From: Candidatus Eiseniibacteriota bacterium
GTDB lineage: Bacteria; Eisenbacteria; RBG-16-71-46; DASYSL01
NCBI GenBank assembly: GCA_031431875.1
Contig: JANPEF010000144.1
Span: forward strand, 1-52,194
Direction of reading: 5' to 3'
DNA length: 52,194 nucleotides
The notes under the pieces were generated by a model, which had not been told where the DNA came from, made no database searches, and saw nothing but the letters and a program-made list of their open reading frames with translations. The translations under genes were made by a program, and so were the position numbers. Numbering within the stretch: the stretch's first letter is position 1; the number at the start of each line of letters is the position of its first letter. This document shows positions 1 to 8,732 of the stretch, piece after piece.

Positions 1-10
1 CGGGGCGCGG

Positions 11-144
11 CGTCTCTTTCTCTCATCCCGACTGTGACGGTCGGCTCCGGAATTGCACCGGATCCTGCGGACGCTCCATGGAGGCTGCGCCCGCACGCGG
101 GCTGTACCGCCGGTGGGGACTTTCGCCCCGCCCCGAAAGAGACG
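11..144 (-). promoter_or_regulatory. FMN riboswitch (RFN element); regulated gene lies beyond the left edge
   Basis: Reverse complement has the RFN hallmarks TCGGGGCGGGGCGAAAGTCCCCACCGGCGGT...AGCCCGCG...GATCCGGTGCAATTCCGGAGCCGACCGTCACAGTCGGGATGAGAGA, closed by P1 CGTCTCTTTC/GAAAGAGACG. Confidence 0.93.
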
Positions 145-167
145 TCCGGAGCCTACCACAGGGCGCA

Positions 168-204
168 CAAAAGAGTGAGGGGGCCGCGGTTGCGGCCCCC
201 TCGC
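168..204 (-). terminator. Intrinsic terminator
   Basis: GAGGGGGCCGC-4nt-GCGGCCCCCTC hairpin followed on the minus strand by CTCTTTTGT. Confidence 0.75.
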
Positions 205-336
205 GATCTCCGGTGGGCAGTTGGGATTAGCTGTCCGCCACTGTAGCAATGCTGCCGCGGCTAGCTGCTGCCACCTCCGCGATCCTCGGTACAGCTCGGA
301 TTCGTACTGTGCACTGGACCACCTCCTTTCCGCGTG
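168..336 (-). ncRNA. Putative small RNA or sORF transcript with extended anti-16S sequence (possible 17-aa peptide MHSTNPSCTEDRGGGSS, 261-314)
   Basis: Own sigma70-like promoter (TTGGAC 365-370, 17 nt, TAGGCT 342-347), GAAAGGAGGTGGTCCAG at 314-330, GTG start, and terminator at 175-204. Confidence 0.55.
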
Positions 337-400
337 CAACGAGCCTATTCCTCGCGAAGCGCGAGTCCAAGTCTTTTTTTCCGCCCGGCGGAGCCGGGCT

Positions 401-1456
401 CTACTTGTTGTGCAGGATGTGGAGGATGTCGCCATCGACGACCCGGTACTCGCGGCCCTCGGTCCGCTGCCATCCCTTCTCCCGCGCTTTCGCCTCGGTC
501 CCCGCCTCGAGGAACTGGTCGTAGGCGATGACCTGCGCGCGCACGAAGCCCTGCGCCAGGTCCGAGTGGATCGCGCCCGCCGCCTCGACTGCGCTGTCGC
601 CGTCGACGATCGTCCAGGCGCGCACCTCGTCCTCACCCGCGGTGAGGAACGAGATGAGACCCAGCAGGCGATACGCCGAGCGCACCAGAAGCACGAGGCC
701 GTCGTCCGAGATTCCGTAGGCCTCGCGGAACTGCGCGCGCTCTTCGGCGGGAAGCTGCGCCACCTCGCGCTCGTCGGCACACGGCAGCACGACGCTGGCG
801 GTGCCGGGCGCATCGGGTGCAGGCGCGGTGAACGCCTGGCCCGAGCCCGTGTTGTAGACGACCAGCAGCGGCAGCCGCGACAGGAGCTGGAAACCGCTCA
901 GCGCCTTCAGCTCGTCCTTGTCGAACTCGACCTCGCGCAGCGCCTGCTCGCGATCGAGCGCCTCCTTGCAGCGCGCGAGCACCGCTTCCTCGCGCGACAG
1001 GTCCTGGCCCTTCACGGCCAGGCGCTTCTGCTTGCCGATGCGTTCGAGCCGCGTCTCGACGATGGCCAGGTCGTTGAGCACGATCTCGGCCTTGAGGTCC
1101 GCGAGGTCGCGCGCCGGATCGATCGTGGTCCTCGGGTGCGGGACCGCCGGATCGTCGAACCCGCGGACGACGAGCACGAGCGCATCGGCATTGCGGACCG
1201 AGGCGAAGAGGTCACCCGATTTGCCGGCCGCACTCCCCTGCCCCATGGCCTGCGAGTCGACGACCTCGAGCGTCGCGTAGGTCGTCTTCTTCGGCGAGTA
1301 CATGGCCGAGAGGCGATCGACCCGCGCGTCGGGCACGCGGACGACACCGACCTGGTCCTTGCGGGCACCGGGGGCACGCGCCGGCGCGCCGGCGACGAGA
1401 ATTTCGAACAGCGTGGACTTGCCGCCCTGCGGCAGTCCGAGAATGCCGAGTCTCAT
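401..1456 (-). CDS. ychF: Redox-regulated ATPase YchF (Obg family)
   Basis: GxPxxGKSTLF P-loop, VPDARVD motif, SFLTAGEDEVRAWT, AGAIHSD, EGREYRVVDGDI. Confidence 0.93.
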   Translation of the reverse strand: MRLGILGLPQGGKSTLFEILVAGAPARAPGARKDQVGVVRVPDARVDRLSAMYSPKKTTYATLEVVDSQAMGQGSAAGKSGDLFASVRNADALVLVVRGFDDPAVPHPRTTIDPARDLADLKAEIVLNDLAIVETRLERIGKQKRLAVKGQDLSREEAVLARCKEALDREQALREVEFDKDELKALSGFQLLSRLPLLVVYNTGSGQAFTAPAPDAPGTASVVLPCADEREVAQLPAEERAQFREAYGISDDGLVLLVRSAYRLLGLISFLTAGEDEVRAWTIVDGDSAVEAAGAIHSDLAQGFVRAQVIAYDQFLEAGTEAKAREKGWQRTEGREYRVVDGDILHILHNK

Positions 1457-1462
1457 GGGTGG

Positions 1463-1699
1463 TTATTTCCGATTCTTGTATTCGTAGGAGAGGACGGCAT
1501 GGAGGCGGAGGCGGACCTGCTCGGGACAGTCGAGGGGTTCCTCGGACCGGTAGAGCGAAATCGTCTTCCGCACCGTGTCCACGTACACCCGGCAGTTGGA
1601 GCAGTCCTCGAAGTGGGCTTCGATCTGGACGACCAGCTCGTGCGCCGCTTCGGCGTCGAGATAGTCGGAGATCTGCTCGAGCACGTGTCGACACTGCAT
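1463..1699 (-). CDS. zf-HC2 zinc-finger (anti-sigma-factor-like) small protein
   Basis: MQC...ISDYLD...IEAHFEDCSNC (HxxxCxxC ZAS motif); start re-assigned to ATG 1699. Confidence 0.8.
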   Translation of the reverse strand: MQCRHVLEQISDYLDAEAAHELVVQIEAHFEDCSNCRVYVDTVRKTISLYRSEEPLDCPEQVRLRLHAVLSYEYKNRK

Positions 1700-2098
1700 G
1701 GGCGGATCCGGATCGAGGGTGGTCACGGGGCCCGCCACGGCGGGCCATCTCCGCTTCGTTGGATGCGGGGTCCGGCCCGGGCGATGCCGGTTCCGGGTCG
1801 GTTGCGCCCCGCCAGGGGAGAAAACCACGCCCCCCCGGGTCCGGCAAGGCGAAAGTGCCAGAGGCCCCGCGCGCAAATCACTGTGCTACAGTCATCTGAC
1901 TCGCCTGCCCCCGGGGCGCGGATCGGCCTCAAGCCGGACCCCCGGGCGGCCGAAAACGGTGGTTGGAAGGATCCTGTCCCCCCGATTTGCGCCTTGCGCG
2001 GCCCGAGGGGACGTCCGTAGTCTCGCGCGTGACGCGACCATGAGGGTCGCGGGCACGAACGGCGTGCTTCGCCCGGTCCCAACGTTCGGAGGTTTTCC

Positions 2099-2911
2099 AT
2101 GCGGCGTCTTCTTCCCGCCTGCCTGATGGCGCTGGCGCTGACCGTCACGGTCGCGCCCGCCTTTGCGCAGAGCACCGTCCTCGACCGCAAGCCCATGGAT
2201 CTGGGGGCGGATCAGGCAGGGGCCATTCGCCAGGTCAGCCTGGACATGCTCTACCCGTACCGCGACATCGACCTGTGGATCGACGTCGGTGCGGCCTACC
2301 CGATCGGCAACCTGGCGGACCGCAACATCGATCCGGGCCTGATGATCCGCTTCAACCAGACGTTCTGGCGCGCCGGCCCCCTTTCGGCCTACGGCTCGGT
2401 GGGTGCGATGTTCGGCAACGACTCGTACTTCAACGACGCGCAGGACGCGATCGCCCAGGCGGCGCCGATCAGCACGGTGGGCGCTTACAGCGGCGTCGAT
2501 ATCCAGTCGCGCTACTTCTGGATGGTGCCGGCGACGATCAACGGCGAGTTCGCCCTCCAGATCGACGACGGTCTGGACCTCGCCTTCGGGGCCGGCCCCG
2601 GCGTCGTGTGGACGCACGAGTCGCTGATCACCAGCGCCGTCAACAACGGCGTCGGCAGCCAGACGCTCGGCGAGGACGGGATCGAGGACCCGCTCATCAT
2701 CGGTCCCGGCGGCGAGCAGGGCATCTCGCCGTACGCGATCCGCTCGCAGTCGAACTTCAATCTCGGCTGGGACGCGCGCGCCGCGATCGGCTTCCGGGCC
2801 GGTCATGGCAGTCGCCCGATGTGGATCCGCGGCACCATCTCGGGCACGACCTACTACGAGCACACGCACCCGAGCACGAACCTGGGTTTCGCCCTGTCCT
2901 TCGGCCGCTGA
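2099..2911 (+). CDS. Secreted outer-membrane beta-barrel protein
   Basis: GGAGG RBS, signal peptide ending AFA-Q, alternating amphipathic strands, C-terminal LGFALSFGR. Confidence 0.7.
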   Translation: MRRLLPACLMALALTVTVAPAFAQSTVLDRKPMDLGADQAGAIRQVSLDMLYPYRDIDLWIDVGAAYPIGNLADRNIDPGLMIRFNQTFWRAGPLSAYGSVGAMFGNDSYFNDAQDAIAQAAPISTVGAYSGVDIQSRYFWMVPATINGEFALQIDDGLDLAFGAGPGVVWTHESLITSAVNNGVGSQTLGEDGIEDPLIIGPGGEQGISPYAIRSQSNFNLGWDARAAIGFRAGHGSRPMWIRGTISGTTYYEHTHPSTNLGFALSFGR

Positions 2912-2978
2912 TCCGAGCGAGGCACGCCCCCGCACGCCGGGCATGCAGCGCGAGATCACGTGGCGATAGCCGCAACAA

Positions 2979-3015
2979 GACGAGGCCCCGGAGAGCGATC
3001 TCCGGGGCCTTCGTC
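2979..3015. terminator. Hairpin terminator between converging barrel gene and tRNA
   Basis: GACGAGGCCCCGGAGA-GCGA-TCTCCGGGGCCTTCGTC. Confidence 0.7.
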
Positions 3016-3053
3016 ATGTTCGTCGCATGCCCTGCGGGCGGCATGATCAGGAA

Positions 3054-3130
3054 TGGTGACCCGTCTTGGAATCGAACCAAGGACTCCCTGCTTAAAAGGC
3101 AGGTGCTCTGACCGACTGAGCTAACGGGTC
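3054..3130 (-). tRNA. tRNA-Lys (anticodon UUU)
   Basis: GACCCGTTAGCTCAGTCGGTCAGAGCACCTGCCTTTTAAGCAGGGAGTCCTTGGTTCGATTCCAAGACGGGTCACCA: cloverleaf, T-loop GTTCGA, encoded CCA. Confidence 0.97.
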
Positions 3131-3181
3131 GCGTCCTGACAGGCTACAACGCGCAGCGCCCCGCGCGCCAGATGCGCCGGT

Positions 3182-4471
3182 TCAACGCCTTGCCCGTGCA
3201 CGCCGCCCGGGCAGCCGGCGCTCCGCCGCACGCGCGTGGCCTTCGAGGCCCTCGAGCCGGGCGAGCGCGGCCGCGTCGCGCGCGAGATCCGGTGCGCGTG
3301 TCGCGTCGACCCGCAGCCACGTGCGGACGCGCAGGAAGGTGAGCACCGAGAGTCCCCCCGCGCCGCGCGCGGCGCCCCCGGTCGGCAGGACGTGATTCGG
3401 ACCGGCGCCGTAGTCGCCGAACACCTCGGCGGAGCCCGCGCCGATGAACAGCGCCCCGTAGTGGCGCAGCCGTCCCAGGAGGCGCGCCGGCGCCCGCACC
3501 ATCAGCTCGAGGTGTTCGGGCGCGATCGCGTCACACGTCGCGATCGCCTCGGCCTCGTCCGCCGCGAGCACGCAGAACCCGTTGGCCAGCGCAGCGCGGG
3601 CCACGTCCGCCGTGGGCAGCGTCGCGAGCTGGCACGCGAGCTCGCGCTCGACGCAGGCCGGCAACGCGGGATCGAGCGCGACCAGGACGGGCAGCGCATC
3701 CGGATCGTGCTCGGCCTGTGCCAGCAGGTCGGCGGCGACGAGCGCGGGGTCGGCCGTCCCGTCGGCGAGCACGACCAGCTCGCTCGGTCCGGCCAGCATG
3801 TCGATCGTCACGTGACCGGCGACGAGCTGCTTTGCCGCGGTGACCCAGCGATTCCCCGGACCGACCACCGCGTCGCACGCCGGCACCGGCCCGGCGCCGA
3901 ACGCCAGCGCCGCGAGCGCCGGCGCGCCGCCCACGGCGAGCACCGCGTCGGCGCCCGCGACGTGCGCGGCCGCGAGCACGAGGCTGCTCGGCCGGGGCGA
4001 GGCGATCCAGACCTCGCGCACGCCGGCCACGCGCGCCGTCACCGCGGTCATGAGCGCCGACGAGGGAAGCGGGAAGCGCCCCGCCGGCACGTAGCAGCCG
4101 GCCCGCTCGACCGGCGCGATCGCGTGTCCGGCGCGCCCGCCCGGGACCGGCACGTCGAGCGCACGGAGCGCGGCCTTCTGCGCGCGGGCGAAGGCCCGGA
4201 CGCGCCGCGCCGTGCGCTCGAGCAGCGCGCGCGTGGCCGCGGGCTCGGAGGCGAACGCGCGGGCCAGCGCGGAGCGATCGTGGACGAGCGGCGCACGCGG
4301 CCCGAGGTCGCCAAGGCGCGTGGCATGGAAGCGGAGCGCGGTTTCGCCGCGCGCGCGCACGTCGTCGACGATCGCAGCGGCGTCCGCGAGCGTCCGCGCG
4401 TCGACGCGCGGGCGGGCGGCGGCGCGCACCTCGCGCGGAGAGACGCGGCGGAGCAGGCGCGGCGCGCTCAT
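3182..4471 (-). CDS. hisD: Histidinol dehydrogenase
   Basis: GCYVPAGRFPLPSS, GPGNRWV, IDMLAGPSE, LAQAEHD, APEHLE, GDYGAGPNHVLPT. Confidence 0.96.
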   Translation of the reverse strand: MSAPRLLRRVSPREVRAAARPRVDARTLADAAAIVDDVRARGETALRFHATRLGDLGPRAPLVHDRSALARAFASEPAATRALLERTARRVRAFARAQKAALRALDVPVPGGRAGHAIAPVERAGCYVPAGRFPLPSSALMTAVTARVAGVREVWIASPRPSSLVLAAAHVAGADAVLAVGGAPALAALAFGAGPVPACDAVVGPGNRWVTAAKQLVAGHVTIDMLAGPSELVVLADGTADPALVAADLLAQAEHDPDALPVLVALDPALPACVERELACQLATLPTADVARAALANGFCVLAADEAEAIATCDAIAPEHLELMVRAPARLLGRLRHYGALFIGAGSAEVFGDYGAGPNHVLPTGGAARGAGGLSVLTFLRVRTWLRVDATRAPDLARDAAALARLEGLEGHARAAERRLPGRRARARR

Positions 4472-5745
4472 CGCGACCCCGCGGCGGTCTTTGCGTCGCC
4501 GGGCCGTCGCGTCACGCGGAGCGCGCGCCGCTCGAGCTCGGCGTCGACGTCGGTGAGCGGCACGCCCGCGCGCGCGAGTGCGACGGCCGCCAGGTAGAAC
4601 ACGTCGGCGGCCTCGGCGGCCACGTCGACCGGGGAGACGGCCGCGGCCAGCTCCCCCGCTTCCTCGCGCAGCTTCGCCGCAAGGAGGACCGGGTCAGCGA
4701 GAAGCCGCGCGGTGTACGACCCGGGTGGCGCGGCCGAAGCGCGTTCGATCACGCGGCGGGCGAGCGCGGCGAGTCCCTGCTCCTCGCCCCAGCACGTGCG
4801 CGTGGCGCGGTGGCAGAAGCCAGCGCCGGCCTGGCGCACGGTGAAGCGCAGCGCATCCCGGTCGCAGTCGGTGGCGACAGCGAGCAGCTCCTGCGTCGCG
4901 CCGGAGCTCTCGCCCTTGGCCCACAGGCCGCGCGTGCGCGACCGATAGACCCCGACGCCGCGCTCGAGCGCCGCGCGGAGGCTCTCCGCGCTCGACCAGG
5001 CGAGTCCGAGCGCGCTGCCGCGTTCGTCGCACACGACGGTCGGCCACAGACCGTCGGCGCGATCGCTCACGAGCGGCGCGGCAAAGGCATCCGCCAGGTC
5101 GAGGCGACCGGTGTAGAGCGCCATCCCCACCTGCGCGTCGACGCCGAGCCGGTCGAGCGCGGCAACGTCGGCCGGCGTGGTCACGCCACCCGCCACGGTG
5201 AGCGCCGCGCCGGCCGCGCGCGCCGCCGCGGCAAGTTCGGCGCACCCGGCCAGGTCGATGCCCGCGAGGCGTCCCTCGCGCTCGACGAAGGTGACCAGGA
5301 ACTCCCCGGCGAACCCCGCGAGTTCGCGCATGCGCTCGGCGACACCACGGCCGGTGCGGGTGCGCCAGCCGTCGACGACGACCTCGCCGTCGCGCGCATC
5401 GAGGGCGACGACCACGCGCTCGCGCGGCAGGGCCGCGAGCACGTCCGGACGGGCCGCCGTCCCGAGGACGACGCGGCTGGCGCCGGCATCGAGCCAGGCG
5501 ATGGCGTCGGCGACCGTGCGGATGCCGCCGCCCACGCGGCAGCGCGCCCGGGCGACGAGATCGAGGATCGTCTCCCGGTTCGAGCCCCGCCCCAGCGCCG
5601 CATCGAGGTCGACGACCGCGACTTCGCCGACCCGGCCGAAGCGCGTGGCAAGCGGCCGCGGGTCGCCTGCATCCAGGGCACGGACCTCACCGCCGACGAG
5701 CTGCACGGCGTGTCCCCCCTCGAGGTCGATCGACGGCACGATCAT
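4468..5745 (-). CDS. HisA-like isomerase fused to PR-AMP cyclohydrolase (HisI) and PR-ATP pyrophosphatase (HisE)
   Basis: N-terminal PSIDL...VGGGIR TIM barrel; KGESSG...DCDRD...FCH...TC (HisI); SYTARL...KLREEAGE...EAADVFY (HisE). Confidence 0.88.
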   Translation of the reverse strand: MIVPSIDLEGGHAVQLVGGEVRALDAGDPRPLATRFGRVGEVAVVDLDAALGRGSNRETILDLVARARCRVGGGIRTVADAIAWLDAGASRVVLGTAARPDVLAALPRERVVVALDARDGEVVVDGWRTRTGRGVAERMRELAGFAGEFLVTFVEREGRLAGIDLAGCAELAAAARAAGAALTVAGGVTTPADVAALDRLGVDAQVGMALYTGRLDLADAFAAPLVSDRADGLWPTVVCDERGSALGLAWSSAESLRAALERGVGVYRSRTRGLWAKGESSGATQELLAVATDCDRDALRFTVRQAGAGFCHRATRTCWGEEQGLAALARRVIERASAAPPGSYTARLLADPVLLAAKLREEAGELAAAVSPVDVAAEAADVFYLAAVALARAGVPLTDVDAELERRALRVTRRPGDAKTAAGSR

Positions 5746-6497
5746 GGCCGCACCTCGAAGCCGTCTGCGGCGAGCGCACGCTTGACGTCACCCACGCCGG
5801 TCACCCCATCGTGGAAGATCGTCGCGGCCAGCACGGCCCCGGCGCCGGCGCGGACGGCGGCGGCCAGGTGCCCCGCGCGCGCCGCGCCGCCCGAGGCGAT
5901 GATCGGGACGCGTGTCACCGCCGCGACGGCCGCAATCAGGTCGAGGTCGTAGCCGTCTCCCGTGCCGTCGCGATCCCAGCTCGTGAGCAGGATCTCGCCG
6001 GCGCCGCGCTCGCCGGCCTCGCGGGCCCAGGCGACGGCATCGCGGTCGGAGTCCGCGGCGCCCCCGTGCGTACGCGCCCGCCAGCCGCCTGACGCATCCC
6101 GCGCGGCGTCGATGGCGACGACCGTACACTGGCTCCCGAAGCGCCCGGCGAGCGCGTCGATCAGCCCCGGCTCGCGCACGGCCGCCGAGTTGACGGACAC
6201 CTTGTCGGCGCCGGCGTCGAGCAACTGCGCCGCGTCGTCCGCGCCGCGCACGCCCCCGCCGACGGTGAGCGGAATCGAGAGCGCCGCCCGCACCGCGCGC
6301 ACCACGTCGCGATGCGCACCACGCCCGGCCGGGGTCGCCGCGACATCGAGGACGACGATCTCATCGGCGCCCTGCGCCTCGTAGAGTGCGGCGCGCGCTG
6401 CGGGATCGCCCGCGTCGCGCAGGCCCTGGAAGCGCACGCCCTTAACGATGCGACCGTCTCGCACGTCGAGGCACGGAACGATGCGCACGGTCAGCAT
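5742..6497 (-). CDS. hisF: Imidazole glycerol phosphate synthase cyclase subunit
   Basis: RIVPCLDV, KGVRF, TVGGG, GADKVSVNS, GAGEILLTS.DRDGT, IASGG. Confidence 0.96.
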   Translation of the reverse strand: MLTVRIVPCLDVRDGRIVKGVRFQGLRDAGDPAARAALYEAQGADEIVVLDVAATPAGRGAHRDVVRAVRAALSIPLTVGGGVRGADDAAQLLDAGADKVSVNSAAVREPGLIDALAGRFGSQCTVVAIDAARDASGGWRARTHGGAADSDRDAVAWAREAGERGAGEILLTSWDRDGTGDGYDLDLIAAVAAVTRVPIIASGGAARAGHLAAAVRAGAGAVLAATIFHDGVTGVGDVKRALAADGFEVRP

Positions 6498-7114
6498 CCG
6501 GCCTCCACGGCGCGGGCGATCCACCGCGCGAGGAGCGCCGTGCCCCAGGCGCCCGAGAGTTCGGGGTGGAACTGACAGGCGAGCACGGCGCCGCGCTCGA
6601 GTGCGGCAACCCAGCGGCCGCCGTAGTCGACGAACGAGGCGCGCCAGCCGAAGGGGGCGTCGGCGAGGCGGTAGGAGTTCGCGAAGTAGGCGTGGCCCTC
6701 CTGCACCAGCCCGGCGGGCCCGGCGTCACCGGGGACGACCTGGTTCCAACCCATGTGCGGCACGCGCACCCGGTCGGGCAGTCGCTCGATGCGGCCCGGC
6801 ACGAGACCGAAGCCCGCCACACCCGGGCTCTCCGCGCTCGTCTCGCACAGGAGCTGGAGGCCGAGGCAGACGGCGAGCGTGGGACGCCCCGCCCGCAGGC
6901 GACGCACGAGCGCCTCGCCAAGTCCGCCGGCTGCAAGGCCGGCGAGCGCAGCGCGCGGAGTGCCGACTCCGGGGAGAACCACCCCCCTGGCGCCGTCGAT
7001 GTCCGCGGCATCGCGGGCGAGACGCGGCCGCGCCCCGGCGCGGGCAAGGCCCGCGAGCACCGATGCGGTGTTCGCCGTGCCGGTCGCGACGACGACGATG
7101 TCGGGCACGCTCAC
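6491..7114 (-). CDS. hisH: Imidazole glycerol phosphate synthase glutaminase subunit
   Basis: LPGVG, VCLGLQ, VPHMGWN, QFHPE. Confidence 0.95.
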   Translation of the reverse strand: MSVPDIVVVATGTANTASVLAGLARAGARPRLARDAADIDGARGVVLPGVGTPRAALAGLAAGGLGEALVRRLRAGRPTLAVCLGLQLLCETSAESPGVAGFGLVPGRIERLPDRVRVPHMGWNQVVPGDAGPAGLVQEGHAYFANSYRLADAPFGWRASFVDYGGRWVAALERGAVLACQFHPELSGAWGTALLARWIARAVEAGC

Positions 7115-7716
7115 AGGACCCCCTTCAGGCTCGGCACCTCGTCGTGGACGTCGCGCGCCACTGCGGCGCGCAACGCCAGGGCGAGCGCCTTGAACGCGGC
7201 CTCGGCGCGATGGTGGTCGTTGACGCCGCGCAGAACGTCGACGTGCACCGCGGCGCGGGCCGCGGTCGCGAACGAGGCGACGACGTGACTCACGTTCTCG
7301 CAGCTCAGCCCGCCGATCGCCTCGCGGGCGAGGCCCAGCTCGACGACAGCGTACGGCCGGCCCGACAGGTCGACGACGGCGCGGGCCAGCGCCTCGTCGA
7401 GCGGCGCGTAGGCCGAGCCGAAGCGGCGCACGCCACGACGCTCACCCAATGCCTGGTCGACGGCGGCGCCCAACGCGAGCGCGCAGTCCTCGGCGGTGTG
7501 GTGGTCGTCGACGTGGAGGTCGCCGCGGCAGGTGAGCGCAAGGTCGAAGCGCGCATGCTTCACCAGCGTGGCCAGCAGGTGATCGAGGAAACCGATGCCG
7601 GTCGCGACCGATGCGCTGCCGCTGCCGTCGAGGTCGAGCGTGAGTTCGATCGCGGTCTCGGCGGTCGCCCGACGAATTGTGGCGCGACGGGCGCGCCCAT
7701 CGTTGTTGCCGCTCAT
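7111..7716 (-). CDS. hisB: Imidazoleglycerol-phosphate dehydratase
   Basis: TGIGFLDHLL, GDLHVDDHHTAED, NDHHRAEAAFKA; ATG 7716 overlaps the hisC stop. Confidence 0.96.
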   Translation of the reverse strand: MSGNNDGRARRATIRRATAETAIELTLDLDGSGSASVATGIGFLDHLLATLVKHARFDLALTCRGDLHVDDHHTAEDCALALGAAVDQALGERRGVRRFGSAYAPLDEALARAVVDLSGRPYAVVELGLAREAIGGLSCENVSHVVASFATAARAAVHVDVLRGVNDHHRAEAAFKALALALRAAVARDVHDEVPSLKGVL

Positions 7717-8732
7717 GCCACACCCCCGATCGCGAGTTCGCTGCGCATGTCCTCGAGCGTGGCCAGAAGGCGCTCGAACGCCACCGGGTCGCCCGGGCAG
7801 GTGGCGCGCAGGCAACCGGCCAGGCGCGCCCGCCCCGGGAAGGCGCGCACTGCGACCCCGCGTGCGCGCAGGCGCGCGTGCACGCCGCGGGCGGCCGCCT
7901 CGTCCGCGAAGCGAGCGAACACGAAATTCGCCTGCGACGGCGGCGCATCGGCGCCGAGGCGCGCCAGGGCCGCGCGCAGGGGCGTACGCTCCGCTTGCAC
8001 CCGGGAGACATACGCGGCCATGTCGGGGCCGCCGCTCTCGAGCCGCGCCTGCGCCAGGGCGAGCGCCGGACCGGCCACCGGATACGGCCCGCCGGCGGCG
8101 CGCAGCGAAGTGATCACCCCCGGCGGCCCGAGGGCATAGCCGACGCGGAGCCCGGCGAGCCCCCACGCCTTCGACAGCGTGCGGACGACGAGCGCCCGGC
8201 CGTCGGCGACCGCGGCCGGACCCAGGTCGACGTCGGCCAGCTCGCCATACGCCGCGTCGACGAGCAGGAGCGCGCGACCCGTGCCGTCCAGCAGGCGCGC
8301 GAGGTCCTTCGGCGTCGCCGCCGCACCGGTCGGATTGTTCGGGCTCACCAGGACGACCAGCGACGTGTCGGGCTCGATCCGCGCCAGCGTCGCGTCCACC
8401 GGGAACGCGCCTCCGGGCCACTCCACCTCGAGCACGCGGGCACGGGCCAGAGCGGCATAGCGCTCGATCATCTCGAACGTCGGCACGGGCAGGACGAGCG
8501 AGCGGTCGGGACCGAGGAAGGCCCGGCAGGCCCGATCGAGCGCCTCGTCGGCGCCAGCGGTGACGAGGACGCGCGAGGGATCGACGCCGTGACGCGCAGC
8601 GAGACGCGCCTCGAGCACCGTGGCGTCGGGGTAGCGGCGCAACGCCTCGGGATCGAGCCTCGCCACGAGCGTGCCCAGCGCGGCCGGGGCCGCCGGCCCT
8701 TCATTGCCGTCGAGAAACAGGTCGACGTTCAT
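7713..8732 (-). CDS. hisC: Histidinol-phosphate aminotransferase
   Basis: LDGNE, RYPD, SPNNPTG, VDAAY, RTLSKAWGLAGLRVGY. Confidence 0.93.
   Translation of the reverse strand: MNVDLFLDGNEGPAAPAALGTLVARLDPEALRRYPDATVLEARLAARHGVDPSRVLVTAGADEALDRACRAFLGPDRSLVLPVPTFEMIERYAALARARVLEVEWPGGAFPVDATLARIEPDTSLVVLVSPNNPTGAAATPKDLARLLDGTGRALLLVDAAYGELADVDLGPAAVADGRALVVRTLSKAWGLAGLRVGYALGPPGVITSLRAAGGPYPVAGPALALAQARLESGGPDMAAYVSRVQAERTPLRAALARLGADAPPSQANFVFARFADEAAARGVHARLRARGVAVRAFPGRARLAGCLRATCPGDPVAFERLLATLEDMRSELAIGGVA

Noticed and set aside
314..330. 16S rRNA gene fragment
   Set aside because: Similarity is limited to 17 nt; flanking sequence does not resemble 16S or an ITS
221..2020. Long antisense and alternative-frame ORFs (e.g. 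221-2020, 10574-13087, 24881-27310, 48907-51939)
   Set aside because: Shadow ORFs from high GC content; Arg/Ala/Pro-rich with no motifs, and they overlap well-supported genes
3054..3130. tRNA-Lys as an integration site for an island
   Set aside because: No integrase in the window and no duplicated tRNA 3' end noticed
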